Shown here one piece after another: positions 36,805 through 48,829 of a stretch of DNA of 64,000 nt. Under the pieces are notes generated by a model that did not search any database, was not told the origin of the DNA, and saw nothing but the letters and a program-made list of their open reading frames with translations. Source of the DNA: Ginglymostoma cirratum (Eukaryota). Where the stretch lies: contig JAHRHZ010000200.1 of NCBI GenBank assembly GCA_024137785.1, forward strand, positions 1-64,000. Direction: 5' to 3'. Numbering within the stretch: position 1 is the stretch's first letter; every line of letters begins with the position of its first letter. A program made the position numbers and the translations under genes.

Positions 36805-39330
36805 ACCAGATGGAGTTTAATTCAGGTAAGAACGAGGTGGTGCACTTTGGAAGAAGGAACAGCACAGCAGAAAACTCAATGAATGGCAGCATTGTAGGAA
36901 GCTGAGAGGGCACTTTTCCACAGATCGCTGAAGTAATGTTGATAGACTAGTTCAGGAGGCATCGGGGACCTTTGTCCACCAAGGCACAGATTGCAAAAGC
37001 TGTATAGGACGTTGGTCAGGCCACAGGTGGAAGACTGTATGCCATCACATTACAGAAAAGGTGCAAATGAGATTCCATGGAATGAAATATATCAGTTATG
37101 AACAGAGGTTGGATAAGCTCGAATTGTTTGATTTGGAGCAGAGAAGGCTAAGGGGGACGTATTTCAGATTATTAGATTACAATGAGAATGGGCAGGGGAG
37201 GAAGACAGCAGTTGTTCCTTTTAGTCAAAGGATCAAATACAAATGAGAACACTTTTAAAGTGAACTGTTTGAGGTTGGGAAAGGACTTAAGAGTTGTCTT
37301 GCACCCAAACAGTGTTAGGGGTCTGGAATACACTGTCTGAGAATGTAGTCGTGACAGATAACCTCCCAGCCATTAAAAATTACTTGGACAAGCTATGGGC
37401 CTTGTGTGTGAAAGTGGGACTAATGTAGATCATGCTGGTCATGGTACAAAATATGATCTTCTCTGACTGTGGCAGGTGAATTATTGGGCAGTTTCAAGAC
37501 AGGAATCGATGGGTTTTCTGGAGAGTAAATTAATTAGAATGAATTGTAAAAGTTTCTCAAAGCATACCAAGTTGAAAGGTTGGAGAAGATAATTGCAGCT
37601 TTCTTACAGTCTTAAACCAAAGAATGGATGAACAGGGAAATAGCCGAACTATGAAGCAATTACTTCAGCTCTGTCTTTACAGAAAAAAAAAAACATATTG
37701 GAAAAAAGTACAAAAATATTAGGAAAACTACTTCGAGTAAGTTGAATGAAATTAGTAAATAAATAATTTTGGAGAAATTATTTGGACTGAAATCTGTTAA
37801 ATCCTTATGGTCTGATAATCTACACCTTCGGTTACTAAAGGATGTGGCAATGGTAATTAATGCTTTGCGTGTAGTCTTCCAAATTCCTGATGATTCTGAA
37901 ACACAATTGTCAGATTTGAGAGCAGCAAATATAAACTCACCTATTTATAAAGGAGGCAGGGAGATAAAGGGGGATTACAATGTGGTTAGCTGCATATAAG
38001 CAGCTGGGAAAATGCAAGATTCTATTATAAAGGGCTCAATGCCAGGAAAATTTGAAAAATAAATTGACTTTAAAATGCTGGACATAGAGAAAGTCAAAGT
38101 GGATTTATTAAATGAGAATCATATTTGAGAAACCGACGGATGAATAAATTACAGAGAAGCAATGGATGTCTTGCATTTGGATTTTCAGAAAGAGTTTTGA
38201 TATAGTTCCAAATCTAGTGTGCAAAATCAACAAACGTGAGATTGGTGCTAATATACTGGCTTGGGTTGAGAATGGGAGAGCTGACAGGAAACAGTGAGTC
38301 AGAATAAACAGTTTTTTTTTGTGGAGTGGAGGCAATAACTAGCGCGATATCGCAGGGATTAGCATTTGGGCTCCAACTCTTCACAATGCATATCAAAAAC
38401 TTGGCTGAGTGAATCAAATGCAATCTTTCTAAATCTGCCGATGGCACAAAACTATGTGGGATTGTGAGTGGTGAGAAGGAGGTAAAGAAGCCCCAAGCTG
38501 ATTGATACAAGTGGAACAAATTGTCAAATACGTGGCAGGTGAAAAATAATATGGATAGATGTGACATTGTGTACTTTGCCTGGTGAAATAGAACTGCAGT
38601 CTATCACATGAAAAGGAATTGATTGAAAAATATTGGTCTATAAAGATACTTATTTGTATTCTTTTGTTTACTTCATCATAGCTCTCTGAGGTCCATGCAC
38701 CGCAGTGACATCTGAAGCCAGACATCAATGCTGGAAATGAGTTTAGCACACTAATCCGGGTGCACAGACCCTCCAAGTGGATGGAAGTAATGTTGAAAAT
38801 GATCTGGATCTCATTGTACACTAGTCACAGAAAGCAATATTGCAGGAGCAGAAACCATTTGGGAAGATATATGTTGTCTTGACCTTCGTTTCAAGTGGAT
38901 TTGTGTACAGGAGGAAAGTCGTCTCACCGAGGCAATACAGGGTCTTTGTGAAATCTCATCTTGAATATTCTAAAGTATTGTGTGTAGTCTTGGTAATAAA
39001 GCATATATTTGCCTCAACAGGGATGCAGCGAAGGACCAGGCCGAACTCTAAGACCACAGGTTTCTTGTATGAGTACACTTGGGTCAATTAGATCTGTACT
39101 TGATGGGGTTTAGGAAAATGAGTAGACATCTCAGTGAAACATCTAAAACAGGGCGAGACAGAATGAAAGCTGGGATAATGCTCCTCTTAGTTGGACGTCT
39201 AAAACAAGGAGCCACGTTCTTAGGATACAAAGCAGACCACTCTGCATTGAGATGAGAATAAATGTCTTTATGGTGAGGCTGTAGAATATTCTACCACATT
39301 AGGCTGTAGAAGCCAAGGTACTGAATGGAA
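36805..39330 (+). mobile_element. Successive degenerate CR1 LINE fragments
   Basis: ATGGAGTTTAATTCAGGTAAG..., SYEQRLDKLELFDLEQRRLRG, TTGGATTTTCAGAAAGAGTTTTGATA (LDFQKAFD-like) and KSHLEYS; many stops. Confidence 0.8.
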
Positions 39331-39768
39331 ATAAGAATCAAGTAGATGGATTTATCAACACGACATTTCCGTCCTCATGGGAAATGATTCCAGAACACAA
39401 GCTTGAGAAAAAGCAGTTTAAAAAGTTTCCAAATGTCATCTGGTCACTGACAGGAACCTAGAGGTTCGAATGATTGTAAGTCCCTATAATATGGGGCTTA
39501 ACACACAAACAGATCAGCAACGATCTTATTGAATGGGGGAGCAGTTTTAACAGGCCGAATGATCACATGATGGAAGTTAATCTTTTGGTCATTTGGAAGA
39601 AAAAGGACAACTCAGCTCCATCTCCTTATGTGTTACACAATGGAGGAACTGACGTTTTCCTGAACCTGGGAATTGTTTGCAACATTATCTGGAACATTCT
39701 ATAAACGACATCATCCAAACAATCCCATAACCAACAACATTCTGTAATTGTCTGGGAGTATTGTGTAG

Positions 39769-39770
<2 letters not shown>

Positions 39771-39828
<58 letters not shown>
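39771..39828 (+). repeat. (GT)n(GA)n compound microsatellite
   Basis: Directly visible. Confidence 0.98.
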
Positions 39829-39904
39829 AAGTTAACTGTCTACAGAAGTTAGTCTGATAGTCCATGAGCCTTGTTCAGAGGTAGGCGCTATGACAGATTA
39901 ACAA

Positions 39905-40030
39905 CGATGTGGAGATGCTGGTGCAGACTGGGGTGGACAAAATCATAAGTCACGTGCAGCCAGGTAAAAGTCCAACAGGTTTGTTTGCAATCACAAGCTT
40001 TCTAAGCGCTGCTCCTTTGTCAGGTGAATT
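39905..40030 (-). mobile_element. Short Penelope-derived hammerhead element
   Basis: Minus strand CACCTGACAAAGGAGCAGCGCTTAGAAAGCTTGTGATT, a degenerate CUGANGA/stem II/GAAA. Confidence 0.6.
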
Positions 40031-40929
40031 GGCAGAACGGGGAATACTCCTAAAGGTTGTCCAGTATTGTTGGAAATTTCTTCAGGCCGCAGATACTGCA
40101 CTGAGTGAGGATGTGAGCTGATACCATGATTGGTGGATGTAGTGGTGTGGCCAAAGCTGGGAAGAGAATGGTCTTCCACTGTTCCAACCCATCCAACCAA
40201 GACCTCCATGCCTCTGTCGTCAATTTATGGTGCAATTATACATTATCTGCCATGTTTGGGGTAAACCATGTAGGGCAGCTCGAAACTGAGAAAGATCAAC
40301 CCTTTGCCCATTGACCTTTTAAAGATGGCATCTGTGCCAGGGATCACAGAATATCCAGGGGCGTCTGAGTGATGGCGGGTATGTCCAGCCATGATGGGTG
40401 GGACAATCGAGCTGGCATTGAATGAAATGATCACCGTGGGGTAGGGCAATTGGATAATAAGGTGAGTTCAATAAGATAACACCACAAAACTAGCACAACC
40501 TCGTGCAGGCAATTCCTCTGCCACACTCCATGAAAATGACACTGAGGCAAATGTCTGCTAGATTCAGCTTAATGAGTTGACAATTCTGCTGACCCCACTC
40601 GCAGCTATAAAGCTGCAGAACAAATGCTCACCTAAAACTTTCCATCATCTGAACTCACACATAAATCTCGTTCACCCTGGAAATACCATGTTGCAAGACG
40701 CTATTGAAACGTCTTCATTTCTGCATTCCCAAAACCTGTGAACACATCTTTCCATGACACTGTCTCTCAATCTCGCCCCCACCCCCTGTCTGTCTACATT
40801 CCAGACACTTCCCATTTGTTAGTTTTAAACTGACTCCACTGACATCTCTCTCTGGCAGTGATATTCACATCCACAGCACCCCTTGTCCTGGTACAAGGAG
40901 GTATCGAGCTGTGAATGGATGGGAGTTGC

Positions 40930-41375
40930 ATATATTGCCACTTCTAGCATGGGCTGCAAATTTCCCCACGCTGGGCAGTTATCTAAAGTAGTGATCCGGA
41001 GCAATGAATAGTGGTAGTGTACATAGCTCTCCATGCTGGAAGGATAACTGTTCCAGGTTTACAGAGCAATTCATTACTGTTCACTGCACAGATCTCTATG
41101 TTGAACCAATATTTAGTCCGGGTTTATCGATTAATGAACTGGGTGTGGTCTGCACAGCTCCATGCGTTGCTCAGATGTTTATTATGAATTTAAGATCAAT
41201 GCATTTGTGATCGGCACGGATCCCCCGATTGACAGATATCTAGTACGGATTTACACATCAATGCACTGGAGTGGTCTGCACAGTCTCCCACTCTGGACGA
41301 ATTGTTGGGTCGTATTGAGCAGTACGCTAGACTATTCTGCGCAGTGCTCCATGCTGAACAGATATCCCATCTGGT
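40930..41375 (+). repeat. Degenerate ~65-bp tandem repeat
   Basis: Recurring GATCAATGCACTGG..TGGTCTGCACAGCTCCCCATGCTG.ACAGATATCT; a second array lies at 51225-51600. Confidence 0.8.
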
Positions 41376-41389
41376 TTTGTGGTGATAAC

Positions 41390-41710
41390 GGAGTTAGGCT
41401 ATTAATCCAAAGACCCAGATAATGCTCTGTGGATCTGAGTTCAAATCCTGCCAGGGCTGAGAGTGCAATCTAACTTTATTTTAAAAAAAAGTACTCTGGA
41501 ATTAAAATTGAAATGACGACCATGAAACCATTGTTTAATGTCAAGAAAGACACATCCAGTTCATTAATGCCCTTTAGGGAAGAAAACAGCCATCCTTACC
41601 TGGCCTGGAATACATGTGACTCCACTCTCACAACAATGTGGGTGGCTCTTAACTACCCTATGGGCAATGAATGCTGGCCGAGTCAGTGATGCTTACATCC
41701 TGTCAGTTAA
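41390..41710 (+). mobile_element. tRNA-derived SINE, SacSINE1/DeuSINE-like
   Basis: B-box GAGTTCAAATCC, then GAAACCATTG...TTCATTAATGCCCTTTAGGGAAG...CCATCCTTACCTGG...CAATGTG..GCTCTTAACT; family assigned from memory. Confidence 0.65.
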
Positions 41711-42499
41711 TATAAAAATGTGTTTGGGCAGGTTCTGTGAGGTGAATTCAGAATGTCATATAATTAACCATTTTGGCTGATCATGCAATGTCATTATGTT
41801 GTCATTCTTGTGATTGAACCCTTGAAACACTCATTCTATTAATGTTGGAGAGTGACCGTGCAAAGTACATCATGTTGGTGAATACCCAGTATCCTGGCAG
41901 CAGCCGAGAATCTTCATTCGGAAGCATTCAGCCATTCCCATCGTCTTCATGTCTCCACATTGCAAGAAAGGATGGCATCTCAGATAAAGGCTGCTCCCCT
42001 GATACACAGCTCAAAACACCCTCGCCCTCACTACTCCCCACCAGAAACATAACACATCAAAATATCCCCTGTGTACTGAGAGCAATGGAGCCACTGGGAA
42101 CATCAAGGAGGTGGAGCAACACTTCTAATGTCTGAACAAGACAGAATGAACCATCTGCTACACAGTGCATCACTGAGTTCTGTAACCTCTCTCCATTTAT
42201 GTAATATACAACCTTCTATTACTTCAGAAAAAGTCACAGGTTCACAGTTACCTATGTTATGTTCTATCTGCCAAATTGTCGTCCATTGCTTATCTATTTA
42301 CAAATTGTCTACCTCGCCTTGATATTTCCTGTCTAACTTAGCGTCATCGACAAATTTAGTTAGAATGCATTTGTTCGATTTATTGAAACCGTTGAATTAA
42401 GTTGCAAATAGTTGAGGATGCAGCACGGGTCACCGTGTCACTGCAGTTGTTAATTTCTGTTAAACTGATGAAGACTAACTTATACCAGTAGATGATATC

Positions 42500-43400
42500 T
42501 TCAATATGAGGCTGAGACTTTACCTCTGCGAGGGTTTCCCTACAGGTACTGTTAGGGACAGATACATCTGTGACAAGTAGTTTAGTGAGAATGTTTCCCT
42601 CTTATTGGTTCTCTCATCACTTTCCAAAGTCCGGCTGCTATGTATTTCAGGCCTCGCCCTGTTCAGTCAGAGGTGGGCCTGTGGAGAAATTCTTAGTGTT
42701 GGACATTGAAGTACCACACCCAGAGTACGTTCTGTGAAGTTGTCGATCTCAGTGGTTCCTCCGATTTGTTTTCAGTATCAAGGGGAACTAATTTATGACC
42801 GAGGGTGGTGTGGAGAATAGTAGCTGCCCATGAGCAGGTAGTTTCCTTGGCCATCTTTAACATGTTGCCATGATATTTCTTGGGTCCTGGAATCAATGTT
42901 GGTGGATTCCAGAGTAACTCCTTTCCTTATTGTATACTACTGCGTCACCATCACTGGTGGTTCTGTCCTGTTGGTGGGTCAGAATATACCCAGGGATAGT
43001 GATGGTGTTTCATGAAACATAATCAATCAGGTCTGATTCTGTGAGTATGATAATGTCAGACTGCTTCCAGACCAGTCAAAATGAGGAATAAGGTGAAAAT
43101 GGAGCAGAGAATAATGGCTTAAAAAGCTGAATGAAAGGCACTCTATCTGAATGTATGTTGTATTCTCAAAAAAAGATTGAGGAATTTAGTTCATCAGTTG
43201 AGGTAAATGGGTATAATTTAATGGCATTAGAGAGGCATGGCTACAGGATGGCCGATATTCAGGACTGAATATCCAGAACATTTTACAGCTCGGAGTGTTA
43301 CACAAAAATGAAAAGGAGGTGGGGCAGATAACTGAATAAGAGATGATTTCTCTATGATCCTAGAAGCTGGACTTACATCAAATGATCAAAATATTGACTA
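42500..43400. mobile_element. Minus-strand L2/CR1-group LINE fragment abutting a plus-strand CR1 ORF2 5' fragment
   Basis: 42500-43070 resembles 9560-10030; 43130-43330 has CTCTATCTGAATG...ATGGCATTAGAGAGGCATGGCTAC (endonuclease start); the same junction recurs at ~55980. Confidence 0.6.
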
Positions 43401-43529
43401 AATCTTAATGTTTTTGTACGCAAAGTGCCAACTGAGTCGGGTTTGGATCGAGATTTCCACCATAAGACTGAATGCATTTCATCAGACTTATGAATAGAGG
43501 GCCCTTTTTGATGTGGATCTTTATGGCTC

Positions 43530-43800
43530 TATGACATTCTATAACTGACATTCTCTGGAACATTCTACAACTGACATTCCTCAGAACATTCTATAATCGA
43601 CATTGACCGCAACACTCCATAACTGCCATTCCCTGGAACATTCTGTAGCTGATATTCTATTAGCAAAGTTTCCTGGAACATTCTAGAACCGACATTCTCC
43701 AGAACACCTTATAACTGACTTTCCCAGAAACATTCTATGACTGACATATCCAGGAACATTCTATAACCGATAATCACTGGAACATTCTATGACTGATATT
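43530..43800 (+). repeat. ~26-bp minisatellite (GAACATTCTATAACTGACATTCCCTG), about 10 units
   Basis: Directly visible; remnants also at ~39685-39750 and ~58515-58560. Confidence 0.92.
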
Positions 43801-44066
43801 TCTTGTGAACAGCGTCAGTTAATTGAAAAAAACATAAGATCCAGAGGGAAGAGATCCCGTTTCAGGGAGAAGGAGACACTGCTTTGAAGACCCCTCAAGC
43901 AGCTAAAGGGGTGAGTACGTCTTCTCTGGGCTTATTTCTTTACTACAGCGGATCCACTACAGTTTAAACTAAAAGTGACATATTTGAAAATCTCACTCAG
44001 TCCTCAATCAAACCGGTAACTTTGCCTCCAGGCTGTTGTATAATTTGTTCGTTTTCCTTCCTCATT

Positions 44067-45026
44067 GCTAACGAATTGACGATCTACGTCCTGCTTTGTA
44101 AATATTGTGGATTATCTCCATGTGTCAGATGTTACTTGGGGGCCACGGTAGTGGCGGTTCTACTGGTCATTATCCTCGACCTGATAGTGAGACACATTCC
44201 CATTGTTTATCTGGAACAGTTTTATTCCCTGTTGTACATCCCCGTGTGTAATATCCACGCCAGCCCTGCTTTATGCAGCAACTGACTGTTCCGTCCGGTT
44301 CACCTTCACTTTCACATTTGATCGATTTGGGGCCATTTGTTGCCAGAAGCTGAAAAGTAAATATTGCAGTGAGAAAACGGCAGCTGTAGTTCTGGGAACA
44401 GTGACTATGCTGAGCTGTTTAAAGAACATCTTCTGGTATTTTATGCTGACAGCTCGGTATTGGTTGAGAAATTAGCGCTGGTTTTGTGATGCAACAGATG
44501 ACATTTATTACTCTCGTGTCTGGGTCACTGTCGAGTTCTTCCATCACGTTCTAACTCCAACTCTCCCATTTCTCCTGATTCTGCTGCTCAATGTTTTCAC
44601 CATCAGACACATTTTAGTGACCAGCAGAGCCCGCAAGAGACTTCGGTCTTACAACAATGGGGATGTTCAGTGTGACACAGAAATGAAAAATCGAAAAAAA
44701 GTCCATTATTTTGCTGTTTGTGATTTCGGCGAATTTCGTCCTGTTCTGGTCAACATTAATGGGTTTTTTTTTCTGCACGGTACCTCATGCAGGGGATTGG
44801 GTATTGGTCTGTTTATCTAGATTGGTTTGTGCAGGAATTGGGTTTCATGCTGCAGCTCCTCAGTTGCTGCACAAACACCGCGATTTATGCCGTGACCCAG
44901 ACTAAATTCAGACAGCAGCTGAAGAATGTGCTGAAATATCCCTTTACCCAAATTCATAAATCAAATACACTCACTAATCATTCTAGCCAGGATTTTTCTG
45001 ATTTCAGTTCAATATTTCAGCAATGA
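44067..45026 (+). pseudogene. Class A GPCR pseudogene, GPR139/GPR142-like
   Basis: Frameshifted pieces ANELTIYVLL..CGLSPCV..YL..VIILD, AATDCSV.FT..FTFDRFGAICCQKLKSKYCSEKTA and MLQLLSCCTNTAIYAVTQTKFR; in-frame TAG at 44473-44475. Confidence 0.9.
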
Positions 45027-45879
45027 AGCAACCTGTCGCTGTGGTAACAGACTGAGGTTAGTGCTGGTTTGTCCAATCTTATCCTACAGGGGGTTACAGG
45101 GACATATTTCAATGCTTCTCTCGACTCAGGAGCCAGTGAAAAAGGCACCATTCCACTAACTGTATCTATAAATTCAATTTATAAAATAAAAGTAATGTTC
45201 ATTAAAAGTGCCAAGCAACAGAGTGAACAACATTGTTGTTTGTCTCTGAGTTGTAGAAGCTGAACTGGACATACACAGACCCGGCCCCAAGGCCTGGTCA
45301 TCAAGGAAGGGCAGGGGACTCGGGCCTAGCTCAGGGGTTTGGATTAAATCACTCCATCCTTGCTGTCGCCTCTGGGTCACCCACTCCGATCTAGCCTGGG
45401 CAGAATTCGTCTCTCTCCCTCGCTGCCACTCCCTCCATTTCTCTCTCCCACTCTCACAATATCCCCCTCAGCCTCTCCCCATGTCCCATTTTCTCATTGT
45501 ATTTTACTCTCCCTTCCTCCCCAAGTTCCTTCACTCTCTCTCCCTCTTACACTCTCTATCTACCTATCACACTCTCTATGCCTCTCTTTCTCAAATCCTC
45601 TCTCATCTTTTGCTGCCAGGGGAATGGGTTGGTGTGGGGCAACAGGATACTGCTCGGGACCATTGTGTGAATGTGGTCAAAAACCATTGTTAAGGGAACA
45701 GTGCGTGGTGGTGCAGCAGCCTGTTGGGAGGGGAAAAGTGTGGGTGTGGCTCCACAGACCACTGCCACGGAAATAGATTGAATGTGTCAATCTGGTGATG
45801 TTAAACATACCAGTTCCTGAATGACAAGCAGTGAAAGCAGCTCGTGATTGACACAGCTAAGGGATCGCCTAAAAAGCAG

Positions 45880-46540
45880 CTCAGGTCTGAGCGGGGCAGT
45901 CCTGTCGAGTGGAACTGCAAATGAAGGTGGACAACAACAGCAATAACAGGAGGCGAATCCATCATAAATATTCCCAGACTCAATACTGATGGAATGCAGG
46001 ACGTCATTCCATGTATAAGGCAGAAGTATTTGTACCCATCCTTAACTAGAAGTATCGAGTCGATGACCCATCATTTTGATTTTATATATTACCATCACAC
46101 ATACCTAGGTACAGTGAAAAGTTTTGATTTTCATGCAGTACAGGCAGATCACACAAGCGTACCGTTCGTACCTTCTCATCGAGCTAATTTGATTCATTCC
46201 ACATAACATCAGGAAACAGCTGAAGGAACTGGATATTGCAAAAGCTGTCAGCCCTGCCAATCTTACAACAATAACACTTAAAGTTTGTGTTCCAGAACTG
46301 GCCAAACCACAAGCCAAGCTGTGATAGTATATCTACAAAACTGGCATCTAGCCAGCAATGTGGGAAATTCCCCAGTTATGTCCTGAGCACAAAAAGCAGG
46401 AAAAAAGTCCAGTCTTGGCATCCAGTCAGATATCTCTCAATCTTCAGTGAAATGATCGAAGGCAAGTGGACAGTGCTCTCAAGCAACACGTTCTCAACAA
46501 CAAGTTGCTCACTGATATTCAATATTTTCTAATGTTAACT
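45880..46540 (+). mobile_element. Degenerate L2/CR1-group LINE ORF2 fragment
   Basis: CAGCTGAAGGAACTGGATATTGCAAAAGCT...TGTGTTCCAGAACTGGCC (LDIAKA...CVPELA), the pre-RT region. Confidence 0.7.
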
Positions 46541-47057
46541 GCCTTAGTTCAAAGGCCCCATTTGCTTCTCATATTAGATTTATCAGCTCACTTCCGAACG
46601 TTCTGACAGGTAGATGCAGTTCATTCGCAATCCAATCAAACATGAGCTTTCAGAATTGTGGGCCAGACTGGAGGGAAGAGAGAGAGAGAGAGCTCACAAG
46701 AAAGAGTCGGGGGTGGGGGGTGGGAAGCGTAGGGGGGCGGTGGTGGTGGTGTAGGTTGAGGAAGGGAGAGAGGTGGAGAGAGTGACAGGCAGAGAGAGAA
46801 AGCAAGAGAGAGGGAGGAAAGACAGATGGGACAGAAAAAGGGAGAGAGAGAGGGTGCGGGCAGGGATAGAGAGAAGGAAAGTGAGAAAGGCCTGTATCTT
46901 GCTCCTGATTTCGTCCTTGTGTTTTAAGTGATACATCGACAACCTCTTCTGGCCTCCTTTTGCCACTTCACAGGGGATTATGGAGGGTGAAAACTATCAG
47001 GGAATCAGTCAGAGAGATAGCTTGGCTCACAGCAGCATCAACACACTCAGACACTCA

Positions 47058-47058
<1 letters not shown>

Positions 47059-47097
<39 letters not shown>
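47059..47097 (+). repeat. (AC)n microsatellite
   Basis: Directly visible. Confidence 0.98.
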
Positions 47098-47103
<6 letters not shown>

Positions 47104-47679
47104 TACATGCGCACAGAGAGTGTGCTGGTGTGGAGAGATTGCAATTGTATTGAGGCTCATCAGAGTGAACGTTCTCATGTTCAGTAATGTTTGTTTTCCA
47201 TCTGCAATGTGGAAATGATTTGGCTTTGAGCAGTTTCCGTGATTTATACACGTTAAATCGCCTAATTCTCCTCCTATATCTTGTGGTCTTATGGTTAGAA
47301 TAGGTGGCTTCATTCTGCAGATAGATTGAGCAAATCAAATCAGTAACAATACCACAGAAGAAAAATTCCTGGAGTGTGCACAAGGTGGTTTTCTAGGTCA
47401 ATATATTGAGGACCCAAAGGGAGGGCAGGCCATCCTTAACAGTGTAATGTGTAATGGTCAGTGGAACACATTAGTAACTCACTCCCGTGTATCTGTTACT
47501 TTCACACATAAACCATCTCAAACCCCTCTTTTAGCTTCTATGTTGTATCTCACTCCCTGGTACCTGTTACTATGGATATAAATTACTTCAATTCCCTCAA
47601 TTAGATTTTAGACTGCACCTCACTCCTCAGTATGTGTTATGGAATATTTAAAACCTCCCTATCCTCTTGATTAGAAGAG

Positions 47680-47805
47680 ATAGTAGGAACGGCAGATGCT
47701 GGAGAATCTGAGAAAACAAAGTGTAGAGCTGGATGAACACATTAAGCCAAGCAGCATCAGAGGAGCAGGAAAGCTGAAGTTTCGGGCCTAGACCTATCTT
47801 CAGAC
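47680..47805 (-). mobile_element. Short Penelope-derived hammerhead element
   Basis: Minus strand CTGAAGA-TAGGTCTAGGCCC-GAAACTTCAGC. Confidence 0.7.
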
Positions 47806-48829
47806 CTACCTCAACATCCCTGAGAAGTACTTTCCCTCTCCCGTCTCCTCCATCCTCACCTCCAAAAAAAATGAAGAGATTTGATCTCTTAGAAGATGTG
47901 ACATGGAGGGTGGAAAGATAGGACGAGATTTTGTGTATTTGGATTCCCAAACAGCGTTGAATAAGATGTTAGGTAAAATGTTTCAATGCAAAGTCAGAAC
48001 TTATGCTGTTGGGGGTTAGTATGGCAGAGGGTTCGCTCACCAGCAGCAGCCTGGTAGTTGGGATAAACGATTAGTTTTCAATTGGAAAACTTTAACTCGT
48101 GGAGTATCACAGATCAGTGCTGAGACTTCAACTATTTGTGATCTATACTACTGACTCGGATGAAGGGATCAACTATATTGTAATGAAAGTTGCTGTGCAA
48201 GATGTGAGGGAGTTAGACTGAATCTGCGAAGCAGAAACCTCCTGGCAAAAACAAAACGACAGATCAAGCCTAATTGTGGGAAAATGTGCGGATGACAGAA
48301 AGTATAGAAATACAGGATAGTCTTACAGTGGAGGATGCAGCGGGATGCCTCATTGTAGAGGGATCTGGGTGCCCTTGGATCACATACAGTAGTATACAAG
48401 TAGAGCAAGTAATCATGAAGACAGTTGTATTGTTAGCCCTGATTTTGTTTCACTGTGGCAGTGCAAAACATTGGTGGGAATGCCCTCCAGTACTGTGGAT
48501 AGCGTTGGGAATAAACTTGTGAAAAATAGGAAGATATGGAATTGTTTGGACACCTTTTAGAATGTAACGGAGTTTTAGTTATTTGTTTGGAAGATGAGGT
48601 CAAAGTTAATATCTGCTGTGGTTTGCCTGCTAAATACAGATTGTCAAATGACTTAAGGGAGAAAACAGAAAGGGAAGCTTTTTGGGAGATAGGATTTATG
48701 GAAAGTAATTCCCGAAAAACATGCCTTTTCAAAAGTCTATAGGGAATTCTGAATACTGGTGATTTTCCTCACAATCCTTTCTCGGCTTGATCTATGTCCA
48801 TGAGATGGCTGTTTGGAGCTCAGTCGGGA

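Noticed and set aside
43530-43800. Regularly spaced repeats as a CRISPR array
   Set aside because: Units are head-to-tail with no unique spacers, there are no cas genes, and the context is vertebrate.
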